A stretch of DNA of 53,849 bases from IMG/VR virus record IMGVR_UViG_3300047457_000833, positions 1 through 53,849 of that record; one strand, given 5' to 3'. Position 1 is the stretch's first letter. The number at the start of each line of letters is the position of its first letter. Source of the stretch: a virus (taxonomy: Duplodnaviria; Caudoviricetes). Below, in pieces: positions 37,927 through 47,865 of this stretch. The notes under the pieces are model-generated. The model had not been told where the DNA came from. It ran no database searches and worked only from the letters and a program-made list of their open reading frames with translations. The translations under genes and the position numbers were made by a program.

Positions 37927-38881
37927 CCACAGGCATCAACGCCGACCAGTCGCCAAGCAAGACTTCCGCGACGGCGAATTCGCGTCAGACCTCGAAGCCA
38001 TCTTCGCGCGCGAACTGTTGAACGCCATCGCCAAACTGCGCCGATCCGTCACATCCGCAGAAGTTGAGGCGGCCATTCGCCGATCCGTCGCCGACGCCGT
38101 GCGCGCCCTCGACGCCGCGTTCTCCGAGGTTGATCTCACAAACATCGTGAACTCGATGACAAAAGAAATCATCCGAGCAGGCCTCGAGCAAACCCCAGAA
38201 CTCGCGGCTGGAGGCATCAACATCCGCTTCGATGTGTCCGACCCACGCGCCATCCAATGGGCACAGAACAGGGCAGGTCTGCTGATCCGCAACATCACAG
38301 ACGAAGTCCGTCTCAAAGTGAGCGACGTCACCCAACGCCTCCTCACAGGCGACATCTCGCTACGAGAAGCACGCAACGAGATTTCACGCACAGTCGGCCT
38401 CCACGACCGATGGCAGAAAGCCGTCGACAACTCCTACGAGAAAACCCTCGAGCAACTCCTCGAGGCTGGCATCGACATCGACGAAGCCGAAACACTCGCA
38501 CAGGAAGCCGCCGACAACTACGCGCAACGCCTGCTGAAAACCCGAGCATCAAACATCGCTCGAACCGAAATGTCGACTGCCATGAATCAAGGCCGCTACC
38601 TGCACTGGCAGCAACTCGCCGAAGCAGGCGTCATTGACTCCGTTCGCTCAGTAAAAGAGTGGAGAACCGCACCCGAGTTCGTGTCATCAAAGACCGATGT
38701 TTGCCCGATTTGTGAGCCAATGAACGGCATTCAGGCTCCGATGTGGGCAGAGTTCCCAGAGGTTGGTGTGGTGATGCCTCCAGCCCACCCGAACTGTCGC
38801 TGCCGAGCAGTTCTTATCGTGGAACCTATCGCAGATGTCATTGATTATGTGACGTCGATGCGCGAGCAACTTGGCTATTAG
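37892..38881 (+). CDS. MuF (SPP1 gp7-like) head morphogenesis protein
   Basis: RASNIARTE, KEWRTA, CPIC, PPAHPNCRC; follows portal; start uncertain. Confidence 0.88.
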   Translation: MRRPKHRHSRSNHRHQRRPVAKQDFRDGEFASDLEAIFARELLNAIAKLRRSVTSAEVEAAIRRSVADAVRALDAAFSEVDLTNIVNSMTKEIIRAGLEQTPELAAGGINIRFDVSDPRAIQWAQNRAGLLIRNITDEVRLKVSDVTQRLLTGDISLREARNEISRTVGLHDRWQKAVDNSYEKTLEQLLEAGIDIDEAETLAQEAADNYAQRLLKTRASNIARTEMSTAMNQGRYLHWQQLAEAGVIDSVRSVKEWRTAPEFVSSKTDVCPICEPMNGIQAPMWAEFPEVGVVMPPAHPNCRCRAVLIVEPIADVIDYVTSMREQLGY

Positions 38882-38890
38882 ACTGCACGC

Positions 38891-39070
38891 ATGGCCGACA
38901 CTCTGATCGCTACGCGCGACAACGACAAACTTTACTGCGAAGGCACAGCGACCCGTCAAGACGGCGTAACCGTGTGGTACGGCTACATCATCGATGAGAA
39001 CGGCGGCAAAATCCCTGTGCCGAACATCGAGGTGCTACTCGGACACGGCTATTGGGACGAAATAGTCTGA
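38891..39070 (+). CDS. 59-aa hypothetical protein (absent from the ORF track)
   Basis: MADTLIATRDNDKLYCEGTATRQDGVTVWYGYIIDENGGKIPVPNIEVLLGHGYWDEIV fills the MuF-polyprotein gap. Confidence 0.6.
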   Translation: MADTLIATRDNDKLYCEGTATRQDGVTVWYGYIIDENGGKIPVPNIEVLLGHGYWDEIV

Positions 39071-39084
39071 ACTAGACTCCTCGC

Positions 39085-42000
39085 GTGCCGTACCGCGTAG
39101 AACGCCGAGGGTCTTGCCCACCAGACCGCCCATTTGCAGTTGTTCTCGAGTCGTCAGGGGAGACGGTCGCCTGCCACGCGACACGCGCTGGTGCGGAGCG
39201 TCAAATCGCCGCCATCTACGCCTCTGAGCACGATTTGGAGAAGGAGCAGCCCACGTCGTCGGGTGTGCATGTTGACACGATCATGGGTGAGGAAGAAAAG
39301 CGTCGTCGCCTGCTGAAATTCGCGCCAGTGGCCGTGATCAAAGGAGACTATGTCGGTCATCCATTCAGAGGCAACCAATGGACGGACGCGTCTGGAGTCT
39401 CAAGGCAGCCAGCCGAATCTATGCGCGATATGAGTCGCGCAGGTCAATCATTGAACCCGACCGACGATCCTCTCGTTGCTGAAACAGAAGGCCGCCCGTT
39501 TGAGGGCTTCCTTGATTTGTCTCCAGAAACTCAAGCGATGCTTGATGCTCGCGATGCGTACTTCATTCGAGTGCGCGAAGTTCGTGACGAAGCGAAACGC
39601 ATCGTTGGTGAAAAAGAAGCAAAGGCATTCACAACCCCTGACGCACTGTTTGACGAGGCACAACGCATCGATCCGTCGTTCGCAGAGACACGGAAAGACG
39701 CGGTGTACACAGGCCCAAACGTCTACAAGATCGTTGACAAAATCAAAACCGATATGTTGCTCGCGTACGGAGCGAAACCGCTTCCTGAGGGCGAAACCGC
39801 GCCGACTCTCTATTATGCTGCTTTCACACGCGAAGAGTCGGGTCGCCTTACGTCCGAACAACGCACCATCGATCCTAAAGTAGACGTCACCCCGTTGCGC
39901 GAACGCGGTATGTCGGATCAACAAATAGGCGAACTGGTGCATGCCGTTGAAGTGAAAGCAAACCGTTTGCTTGACGGCCCCGAAGTCCGTTCCGCACAGT
40001 TCGGGCAGTCAGTTCCCGATCAGATCGCCGCAGAACGCAAATTGATCCCCGTGCTCGAGGAAGAACTCAAGAACGCTCGAGTGAGCGTCACAGTCACTCC
40101 ACGAATCCTGTCAAACATCCTCGCCGATGAACGGTTCAAGACGCAGTTTGAGACAGGGAAGTCAAGAGGATATAACTCAACGCAGGCCCGTCAAGACGAA
40201 GAACTAGCACGGTTCGGCTACCCCACACAGATGCCAGCCGACAAACGACCTGTTTACGGGATGATCGAGGTTGGTGGCCTGCGCACCCCGAGCGAACGCG
40301 GAAACCTCCAATATGGCAATGTGCTGGTGGTGCTGAAACCAGAAGTTGCCGACCGCACCACGTTCTCCGCAGATGATTCTCTCAGCAATTACCGTCCAAG
40401 CGCACCGCTTCGTGAACCGAATACGCGCGGCATTTTGTCGGCCTTCGTGGAGAACACTCACACGGCAGACGAGATTCGGTCAGGCGAAATGTATCTTGAG
40501 GCTCAAGTGCACGGTGGAGTCAAGTTGTCCGATATTGGGATGGTCATCTTCGAGTCTGGCGTCCAAATCGAGAACCGTAGCGGAGACAAAGTCAAGACGG
40601 CGACCGCGCCGAGCGCAGCCCTGCTGAAACGACTCGAGAAGGCTGGCATTCCGTACCAGATCGTGACGTCAGGCGCAGACATTAAGCCTGTCGAAAAAGC
40701 AGTCGGCTTTGACCCGACGCTACTCATCAAAGGCGATTATGTCGGCCACCCGTTTCGCGGCAACCAGTGGACAGACGCGTCAGGAGTGTCTCGTCGGCAA
40801 GCCATGTCGGGTGCTGATCGCTCGAGTGGTATCGCCAACTTGCAGGCTGTAGACACCGTTGAGGAGGCGCGTGCCACAGGCCGCCCACTCAAGATTCTGC
40901 AACCCGAGCACTATCCACCACAGGTCAAAGCAGCGTTAGCGGCCCATCGACAGGCCCAAGACGCGATCAACGCGCTACACGAAGAGATTGTAGGACAACC
41001 CGAAACCGAAGAAGCCACTAAACGCTTTTATGCTGATCGACGCGTACAAGTCGCGGAACTTGCACTTCAGTTAGCACTAGATGAAGCCAGAGTGCAACTC
41101 ACTACCGAACTTGCAAAGAAATATGGATTCACAGTTGAACAAAACCCAGAAGCACCCTATGAACGCATTCCATACGAGAACGTTTGGCGTGATCCCGATG
41201 GCCGTCTCAAGCGCGAAGAAGCATATTTTTACCCATCGAAGTTTGCGGAAGGATATCGCTGGACTGCCGCACCGTTAACACTGCTTAACCCAGATGGCTC
41301 TTACCGTCTTGTTTATCAGGGCGAAAACAAAGAACAAAAGTTGGGCTACGAATCGTTCTACGGGATTCCTATCGAGTCCTTGCGCACAGGGAAACCACCT
41401 TTTAGTTCATACGACGCTTCGGGCAATCCTGATCAACCACAACAAGACCAGAAGGCTGTTGATGCAGCGCGACAAATATTAATTAAAGAGGCCAAAGACC
41501 TCGGTATCGATTTGCCTGAAACCACTCAACCGCCACGCCTATCCGCCAAAAACCTTAAAGGAAGCCTGTCTGACGACGACATAGGTGTGCTTGGAAGCCA
41601 CATTTTCCAAACGGGTATGCGAGCGTTTCTTGGGGAAACTAAAGAAATCGATACGACGTTGTCTTGGACTGACCCAAAGGGCGACGTCACGGCGACCCTC
41701 ATTGCGAGGCAGGGCCGATTAGTGACAGACGACGCTCCGCTTTCGGTGACTGTTCCAGCGAACAAGGTTGGAGCGATTCTCAAGGATGGCCGCCTAAAAA
41801 GCCAGTTTGAGACAGGCAGATCGGGTGGCAAGAACGATCCCGAGATTCGTGCCGATTGGGAGGCCGCCATGTTCGGCTATCCGCGTGGCATGAATCCCGA
41901 GCAGAGGCCGATTTACGGGATGGTTGAAACAGGTGGCCCAAAGCCGTCCTCGACGCGAGGCAATGAGCAGTATGGCACGGTCACGCTTGTGCTGAAAGAT

Positions 42001-44754
42001 GACGTGAAGGATCGAGCGACCTTCACGAACGGCGACTCTCTTAACATGAACAGACAGTTTGTTCCAGTGCGTGACCCGTCAAGCCGTCTGGCCCAAGAAA
42101 GAGTGTCGGGTCGTATGGAGGTCGGAGATGACAACGACACCTACTACGAAACCCAGATTCACGGTGGAGTCAAAACATCCGACATCGCTAAAGTCATCAT
42201 CGACACACGAACCTACAAAGACTTCAAATGGATTAGCGTTCCTCCGTCTGCTGCGCTGCTGAAATCACTAGACAAGGCTGGCATCCCCTACGAGATCGTG
42301 GCAGGCAAGAACTTCCAAGACCCCGAAGCGCATAAAAGCGCGACACCCATCCTCGCCAAAGGCGACTATGAAGGCCACCCTTTCCGAGGTAACCAGTGGG
42401 TCGACGCGTCAGGCGCACGACCAGCATTCGCAATCCCCGACAACGGCGTTGATTTCAACCCGTACAGTGCTGAAGCCAAAGACTATTCGGAGATGGATCG
42501 CCGCAACGAACGCATCGAGTTCTCTGCGAACGCGTCCGTCGCCTTCGACGACGCGCGTCAAGCCGACCTGCTTCGTCTCAACGATCTGCGCGGAGTGGGC
42601 ATTATCGAGGTTCCTGCACCAGCCGACAAAACGAATCCGCGTCGCTACAGGCTTGTGGTGCGTCTCGGCGGCTACGACACAACCCTTGTTCTTGATTCCT
42701 TGAAGGAGCATCGCAACTTTGATGAGGCTTTGAAACGCAAGCCGAAGGTGCAGGAACTGCTCGAGGAATTCGTCAACAACCCAACACTCAAAGTTCGTGC
42801 CATCGACGCCGACGTGTGGGAGTACGAGTATGTCGCACAGTCAGGGCCGAACAAGGGTCGCACCATCACGAAGCGCACATCGTTCGTGAAACCGCAGTAT
42901 TCGCAGCAGCCCGATGTGGTTCTGAAGTCACTCAGCGTGACCAAAGGCGACTATGTGGGCCACCCGTTCAGGGGTAACCAGTGGATGGACGCCAACGGCG
43001 TGCCGCGTGGTGAAAGCAGGTCAGGAGAGTCAATCAAGATCGAGCGTCCCGAGATAGGCGACCTTGTGCTTGCTGCCGAACATGATGTCGGTCACACGGA
43101 CACGGTGGCCATGTTCCTCACCGACGACATCAGGCGACGCGACAACGCCCTAACCGAGTCACGCAATCAGGCTTTAGGTCTTGAGGGATTTCAGGGCGAA
43201 GGAACCTACGGCGCGTCGTTCTTTAAGCATCAGGTTGCTTTGGGTGTTGCTGAAACCCTGTCGTCAGTCCCGTTTGACGAATCCAAAACCGCCTTCACTG
43301 ACCTTATGGCGTTACAAGGCTATGAGGATGAGGCGCGCATCTTTACTGACGGTTTGCGCGGCTTGGTGAAAATTGATGATTCCGTGATTGTTAAGCCAGC
43401 CGAATACGAAGGCATGGTTTCAATCACGATCAACGGCGAGGAATCCCTTCACACCATTTCAGACCTCATCACAGACGGTGGAGCGATTCTTTCTCTGCCT
43501 AACCCAAATTCAAAGATTCGCGGCATCATTGGCTTTGACGAAAAAGCATTCAAGAATGTGCTGGAGGCGGAAGGTCTCAGCGTTTTATGGAACCTCGACT
43601 ACATCCCAGAATCCCCGAGAGAGCCTGATCCGCGACTCAAAGATAAACGAGAAGCGTGGCTACGCGCCTTCAAGGCGGGCCTCACAAGCCCAAACGCTGG
43701 CCAAGACATCGTTGTCGACGTGAGCGAATCGTTCCCAAGAATTGATGGTGGTCTAGAGATTCGGCGAGTGGAGGACGGTTTTAGGGAATTGTCACGCATC
43801 CCTCGGAATCGTGGCGAAAATATCAAGAGTCTTTATCTTGATCTAGGGAATCAAGCGTCTCGAGACCTTCAGACCCTCATCCCTAACGGCTTGGTCTTTG
43901 ACAAAGAAACGGTCGTCGGTTATGGGCTGGCGACGCAACTTGTCGGGAACTGGGCCAAAACTGCCAACGACTCGCACGTTGTAGCGCACCTAATTCAGGA
44001 CGTGGCCCGTCAAGAATTCGGTCTTGAACAAGCCACTGACTGGTCTACTAAAACGATGACCCTCACTGGTGAACCGCAAATTCAGGAACAAAGCCGCGCA
44101 CTGCTCAAACAGAACGGGCCGCTTGTCAAAACGATAGGGCTTGCACTGCGCTCGATGCATGACGCCACTCAACGCCATTTTGAGGCACAAGGAATCCAAT
44201 ACGTGCTGCTTTATCGTGGTGAAGGCGACACACCTGATTCCACAGAAAGCGATTCACTCACGACGCAAGTTAACCAATTGGGTAACATCGGGAAAGGCGT
44301 TACTTCTATCGCTACCACTCGCCCACTGTCGTCGTGGGCAGCGACCGTGTCGACTGCTGAACAGTTCTCCTATGGGTCGCGGAGCGCGATAGCGCGAGCC
44401 ATAGTACCCATCCAAGACATTCTGTCCATCCCATCTACAGGCTTCGGTTGCTTCGACGAGGATGAATTCGTGGTTCTCGGGCGGCCTCGCATGGTGGACG
44501 TGAACCTTGCCAGCACGATGGGTAGCCGTGCGTCTCTTGCAGTTGGTGGAGCACGACGCGTTCTTGACTTGGCAGAGAGCGTAGAGATGGCGTACCCGAG
44601 GGGATCTAATCGCGGTCGGGAGATGCGAGCATATTTTGAGATTCAACCAGTGAACACGGGCTACAAGGATGAAGCAGAGCGAGCGACGCAAGAAGCCCTT
44701 GACTCAGTCATCCGTCAACTTGAAGCCGATCCGAACACGATGATTCCAGCGTGA
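39085..44754 (+). CDS. 1889-aa multi-effector polyprotein: four GHPFRGNQW tags, two DUF3626-like domains, C-terminal ADP-ribosyltransferase
   Basis: Tags at 39340, 40729, 42358 and 42943; duplicated QFETG...RPxYG...QYG...HGGV domain; LYRG/LSSW/EDEFVV. Confidence 0.85.
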   Translation: MPYRVERRGSCPPDRPFAVVLESSGETVACHATRAGAERQIAAIYASEHDLEKEQPTSSGVHVDTIMGEEEKRRRLLKFAPVAVIKGDYVGHPFRGNQWTDASGVSRQPAESMRDMSRAGQSLNPTDDPLVAETEGRPFEGFLDLSPETQAMLDARDAYFIRVREVRDEAKRIVGEKEAKAFTTPDALFDEAQRIDPSFAETRKDAVYTGPNVYKIVDKIKTDMLLAYGAKPLPEGETAPTLYYAAFTREESGRLTSEQRTIDPKVDVTPLRERGMSDQQIGELVHAVEVKANRLLDGPEVRSAQFGQSVPDQIAAERKLIPVLEEELKNARVSVTVTPRILSNILADERFKTQFETGKSRGYNSTQARQDEELARFGYPTQMPADKRPVYGMIEVGGLRTPSERGNLQYGNVLVVLKPEVADRTTFSADDSLSNYRPSAPLREPNTRGILSAFVENTHTADEIRSGEMYLEAQVHGGVKLSDIGMVIFESGVQIENRSGDKVKTATAPSAALLKRLEKAGIPYQIVTSGADIKPVEKAVGFDPTLLIKGDYVGHPFRGNQWTDASGVSRRQAMSGADRSSGIANLQAVDTVEEARATGRPLKILQPEHYPPQVKAALAAHRQAQDAINALHEEIVGQPETEEATKRFYADRRVQVAELALQLALDEARVQLTTELAKKYGFTVEQNPEAPYERIPYENVWRDPDGRLKREEAYFYPSKFAEGYRWTAAPLTLLNPDGSYRLVYQGENKEQKLGYESFYGIPIESLRTGKPPFSSYDASGNPDQPQQDQKAVDAARQILIKEAKDLGIDLPETTQPPRLSAKNLKGSLSDDDIGVLGSHIFQTGMRAFLGETKEIDTTLSWTDPKGDVTATLIARQGRLVTDDAPLSVTVPANKVGAILKDGRLKSQFETGRSGGKNDPEIRADWEAAMFGYPRGMNPEQRPIYGMVETGGPKPSSTRGNEQYGTVTLVLKDDVKDRATFTNGDSLNMNRQFVPVRDPSSRLAQERVSGRMEVGDDNDTYYETQIHGGVKTSDIAKVIIDTRTYKDFKWISVPPSAALLKSLDKAGIPYEIVAGKNFQDPEAHKSATPILAKGDYEGHPFRGNQWVDASGARPAFAIPDNGVDFNPYSAEAKDYSEMDRRNERIEFSANASVAFDDARQADLLRLNDLRGVGIIEVPAPADKTNPRRYRLVVRLGGYDTTLVLDSLKEHRNFDEALKRKPKVQELLEEFVNNPTLKVRAIDADVWEYEYVAQSGPNKGRTITKRTSFVKPQYSQQPDVVLKSLSVTKGDYVGHPFRGNQWMDANGVPRGESRSGESIKIERPEIGDLVLAAEHDVGHTDTVAMFLTDDIRRRDNALTESRNQALGLEGFQGEGTYGASFFKHQVALGVAETLSSVPFDESKTAFTDLMALQGYEDEARIFTDGLRGLVKIDDSVIVKPAEYEGMVSITINGEESLHTISDLITDGGAILSLPNPNSKIRGIIGFDEKAFKNVLEAEGLSVLWNLDYIPESPREPDPRLKDKREAWLRAFKAGLTSPNAGQDIVVDVSESFPRIDGGLEIRRVEDGFRELSRIPRNRGENIKSLYLDLGNQASRDLQTLIPNGLVFDKETVVGYGLATQLVGNWAKTANDSHVVAHLIQDVARQEFGLEQATDWSTKTMTLTGEPQIQEQSRALLKQNGPLVKTIGLALRSMHDATQRHFEAQGIQYVLLYRGEGDTPDSTESDSLTTQVNQLGNIGKGVTSIATTRPLSSWAATVSTAEQFSYGSRSAIARAIVPIQDILSIPSTGFGCFDEDEFVVLGRPRMVDVNLASTMGSRASLAVGGARRVLDLAESVEMAYPRGSNRGREMRAYFEIQPVNTGYKDEAERATQEALDSVIRQLEADPNTMIPA

Positions 44755-44779
44755 TCTCACGCGCAGGTAGAGTGGCGTC

Positions 44780-45736
44780 GTGCTGAACCTTGATCCGACA
44801 CCGTTGGCAGCCGACTGGATGCGTGTCGTCGCGTTCAACGCAGAGTTCGGGCCAATCAACACGCTGGATGAATTTATCGACAAGATGGGGATCAGTCGCT
44901 CGTCGGCATTGCGTCCACAGTTAGCGCAGTACGCGTCGATGGCGTGGCTTCATTTGCTGCCGTACCCTGTGCAGCAGGCGATCAAGGAGGCGGCGAGAGT
45001 CTCGAAGGCTGTGCCGATGTTTGGGCCGTCCGTGCTGATCAAAGGCGATTATGTTGGCCACCCATTTAGAGGCAACCAATGGACAGATTCATCGGGTGTA
45101 AGCCGTAGCGGTCAGGGGTCTGGTGCGCGCCCGAGCGACAAAACGCTGCGCACCATCGCGTTTGAGATGGACTCAAAGATGGAAGTTCTAAAAGATGAAG
45201 GCGCGCGTCTCGTCAAGTTCGCTGGCGGCATCGAATTCGTAGACAGGCAGGCCTACATCGACCAACTTCCGCTTGTGTCGCGTGCAACACCGAATCATCA
45301 GGTGATCGCCAGTGGCGTGACAATGACAGAGGAAGCCCTGAATGACGAAGCCGATGTCGCTGTCATAGAGGATCGTGACGGACAGGTTTGTGGCGCAATT
45401 TCAATGAGCAGCAAGCCGTACACTTCTCAGGAGTTGTCGGAGTTTCTTGGTGGGGTCGACCCGAACTCAACTTGGATCGAGATGCGTAGCGCAGGCTCGA
45501 CAATGAAAGTTGATGGTGTCGGCTCGGGCTTGTTCGCGGCAGCGATTTCTAAGGCTGCCGAATCGGGGTCTGGCCTGTATTTGTCGCCGCTTGACGAGAG
45601 TGCCAGACAGTTCTGGGCTTCTAAAGGTTTCAGGGAGGCGGAACGCGTCGGTGGTAGCGAAGGCACCTACCAGTATCTGGACGCCGAATCGGTGCGAATC
45701 ATCGCCAACAACCTCGAGGAAGGGTGGGGCGCGTGA
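44780..45736 (+). CDS. Tagged protein with GNAT acetyltransferase-like domain
   Basis: Tag at 45041; DGVGSGLF...LYLSPLDESARQFWASKGF. Confidence 0.75.
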   Translation: MLNLDPTPLAADWMRVVAFNAEFGPINTLDEFIDKMGISRSSALRPQLAQYASMAWLHLLPYPVQQAIKEAARVSKAVPMFGPSVLIKGDYVGHPFRGNQWTDSSGVSRSGQGSGARPSDKTLRTIAFEMDSKMEVLKDEGARLVKFAGGIEFVDRQAYIDQLPLVSRATPNHQVIASGVTMTEEALNDEADVAVIEDRDGQVCGAISMSSKPYTSQELSEFLGGVDPNSTWIEMRSAGSTMKVDGVGSGLFAAAISKAAESGSGLYLSPLDESARQFWASKGFREAERVGGSEGTYQYLDAESVRIIANNLEEGWGA

Positions 45737-47865
45737 TTCCAGCCTTCGATCTATTTGATGTCGCTTTAACGGACGAGGATGTGCTGAAAGGCGACTACGT
45801 AGGTCATCCGTTTAGGGGAAACCAGTGGATGGACGCGAACGGTGTCGCTCGAGGCGACGCAGGGTCATCTCCCGATCAAGACAAGCAGGCCTACGACCTG
45901 CGTCAACAGGGCAAATCTTGGGAAGAGATCGCCAAGATTCTCGGCTACGCGAACGGTGGCTCGGTGCGTCGTCTGGCGATGCGTCACGAGAAACGACTGA
46001 AGGACGGCGGTCAGGAAGTGGTGAAACCTGAACCCAAACCTGAGCCGAAGGTTAAGCCGCCGAAGGGTCGTGAACCTGAAAATTATGACGAGGCTGTTGC
46101 GCTGGCTAAATCGCTAATCAAGGCCACGTTCAACGGTGACGCCATCGCCACGCTCACTAAATTGATGGCGGATTCAGGGAAAACCTTTGATCCGAACGAT
46201 GAGGCATACAAACTGACTGATGCCGAACGCGTAATGGAGGAGAAGGTTCTAATGGTCGGGGACGCTGTGCGGATGGCGTTGGCGTTCGCTCAAGCCCAAG
46301 CAAGTGGCCTCGACCCGAAGGAAGCGGCGCGTGTCCGAGAGGAGCATGACGCGCTTAAGAATGCGTGGCAGAAACTAGTAGACGCCCGTGCGGAAGCAGA
46401 AAAAACCGCGCTGGCGGATGCCAGAAAAGCATTGACTGGATCAAAACAAGGTGCATCTTGGAATCCAACTTTCACAGTTAGCAGTTTCGCGGATCAGATA
46501 GCCGCTGCGAGAGCACTAGCCGAGCGTGACGGTCTGCTGAAACCAGACGAATCAATCCAATACATCGGTGGGAGCGTGGCGTTAGGTTTTGCTGGAGCAA
46601 AAGCATCAACAGAACTGCAAACCCTTGTGGATCAGTTAAAAGCCGACGAACCCACTGCCGATGTTAGAACTCGCGGCAAAGATCTATTCGTGCCAGTAGA
46701 CCCTCGCAGCACTACCGCGAGCCTTGTGCGCGCCGTGTACGACGCCAACAAAGACGCATTGCAGTTGATTGAGGCACTCTCGAGCGAAGTCACCGCAGGC
46801 AGAAAAACCGTTGCCGAGGTGAAACAAATCTTGTCCTCGCCCACAGCCATTGTTGACCAGATGAACCGCACCTATGTGCTTCCAGAAAACAAAGGGGAAC
46901 GAACCGACAACGATTACCGTGACACCCATGCAGGTTGGAGTGGTCGTCAAGTGTCGCTGCTGAAACCAGAAACACGACAAGAAATGCTCGTCGCCGCAGT
47001 CCAGAAAGCGGCCCAAAGTTCCAACATTGTCGACTCCATCGGTGCGGTAATGAGCCGACCGATTGGTGATCTCGTCGGCGTCAACATAGGAAAACTTGAC
47101 CCGACGATGACCTATCGGCAGGTTCAGGAACGTCAAATTGAAATCAACACTAAAATTAGAGAACAAAACGAAAAGCAAGAAGCAAGCGGAATCTCTCGCG
47201 GAACTGTCGTTAGACGCGTCCTTGAAGATGTCGGTGTCAAAATGGCCTCTCCTGACCTGTTGCGTGTCAACTTTGATCCGAAGCGCAAGGATGCTGCGGA
47301 ATTGACTGCGGCGGCACGCGAAATCTCGATGATGCTCCCTCGAGCGTTCGTGCTTGGTTCTGATTCGCTCAAACCTCAGTTCTCTGGCGGTGGCCACATG
47401 ACGGCGGAACTCAAGTTCGGTGGCGGTCGCGCCCACGCCCAGAATCTGATGGGTGGCAAATTCATCATCAAACATGAAACCATTCCTACAAACTCGGCCA
47501 GAGGCCTTACTTCGTGGAAGTCGGTGTTTCTTCACGAGACGGTGCACGGAATGGAGTACGCAAATCCCCTAATCCGCTACCTCGAATACTTGACTTGGAC
47601 TCGGCGTGGCGAAGGCGAGCCTTTGCGAACACTAAAATCGATCACAGGCGCGTCGGGGTATCAGTCTTACGAAAAGGGCAAGAAGGATGCGTGGGGAAAC
47701 GCTTACGCTGGCAAAGAATACGGTAAAAGCGGAACGTCAACGTATGAGATCATGACCACAGGAATGCAAAGCCTCTATTTTGGGGATGAGCGCGCCGACC
47801 GCGAGCATTTGAATGCGGTGCTCGGAATTTTGGCGGCGGCAAGCACACTGGCAGGCAACAAATGA
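45733..47865 (+). CDS. Tagged protein with HTH and C-terminal zincin metallopeptidase
   Basis: Tag at 45787; SWEEIAKILGYANGGSVRR; FLHETVHGME...YAGKEY...YEIMTTGMQ. Confidence 0.75.
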   Translation: MIPAFDLFDVALTDEDVLKGDYVGHPFRGNQWMDANGVARGDAGSSPDQDKQAYDLRQQGKSWEEIAKILGYANGGSVRRLAMRHEKRLKDGGQEVVKPEPKPEPKVKPPKGREPENYDEAVALAKSLIKATFNGDAIATLTKLMADSGKTFDPNDEAYKLTDAERVMEEKVLMVGDAVRMALAFAQAQASGLDPKEAARVREEHDALKNAWQKLVDARAEAEKTALADARKALTGSKQGASWNPTFTVSSFADQIAAARALAERDGLLKPDESIQYIGGSVALGFAGAKASTELQTLVDQLKADEPTADVRTRGKDLFVPVDPRSTTASLVRAVYDANKDALQLIEALSSEVTAGRKTVAEVKQILSSPTAIVDQMNRTYVLPENKGERTDNDYRDTHAGWSGRQVSLLKPETRQEMLVAAVQKAAQSSNIVDSIGAVMSRPIGDLVGVNIGKLDPTMTYRQVQERQIEINTKIREQNEKQEASGISRGTVVRRVLEDVGVKMASPDLLRVNFDPKRKDAAELTAAAREISMMLPRAFVLGSDSLKPQFSGGGHMTAELKFGGGRAHAQNLMGGKFIIKHETIPTNSARGLTSWKSVFLHETVHGMEYANPLIRYLEYLTWTRRGEGEPLRTLKSITGASGYQSYEKGKKDAWGNAYAGKEYGKSGTSTYEIMTTGMQSLYFGDERADREHLNAVLGILAAASTLAGNK

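Noticed and set aside
39085-44754. Inteins as the explanation for the modular giant ORF
   Set aside because: No Hint-domain hallmarks (N-terminal C with C-terminal HN|C/S/T) at the module borders
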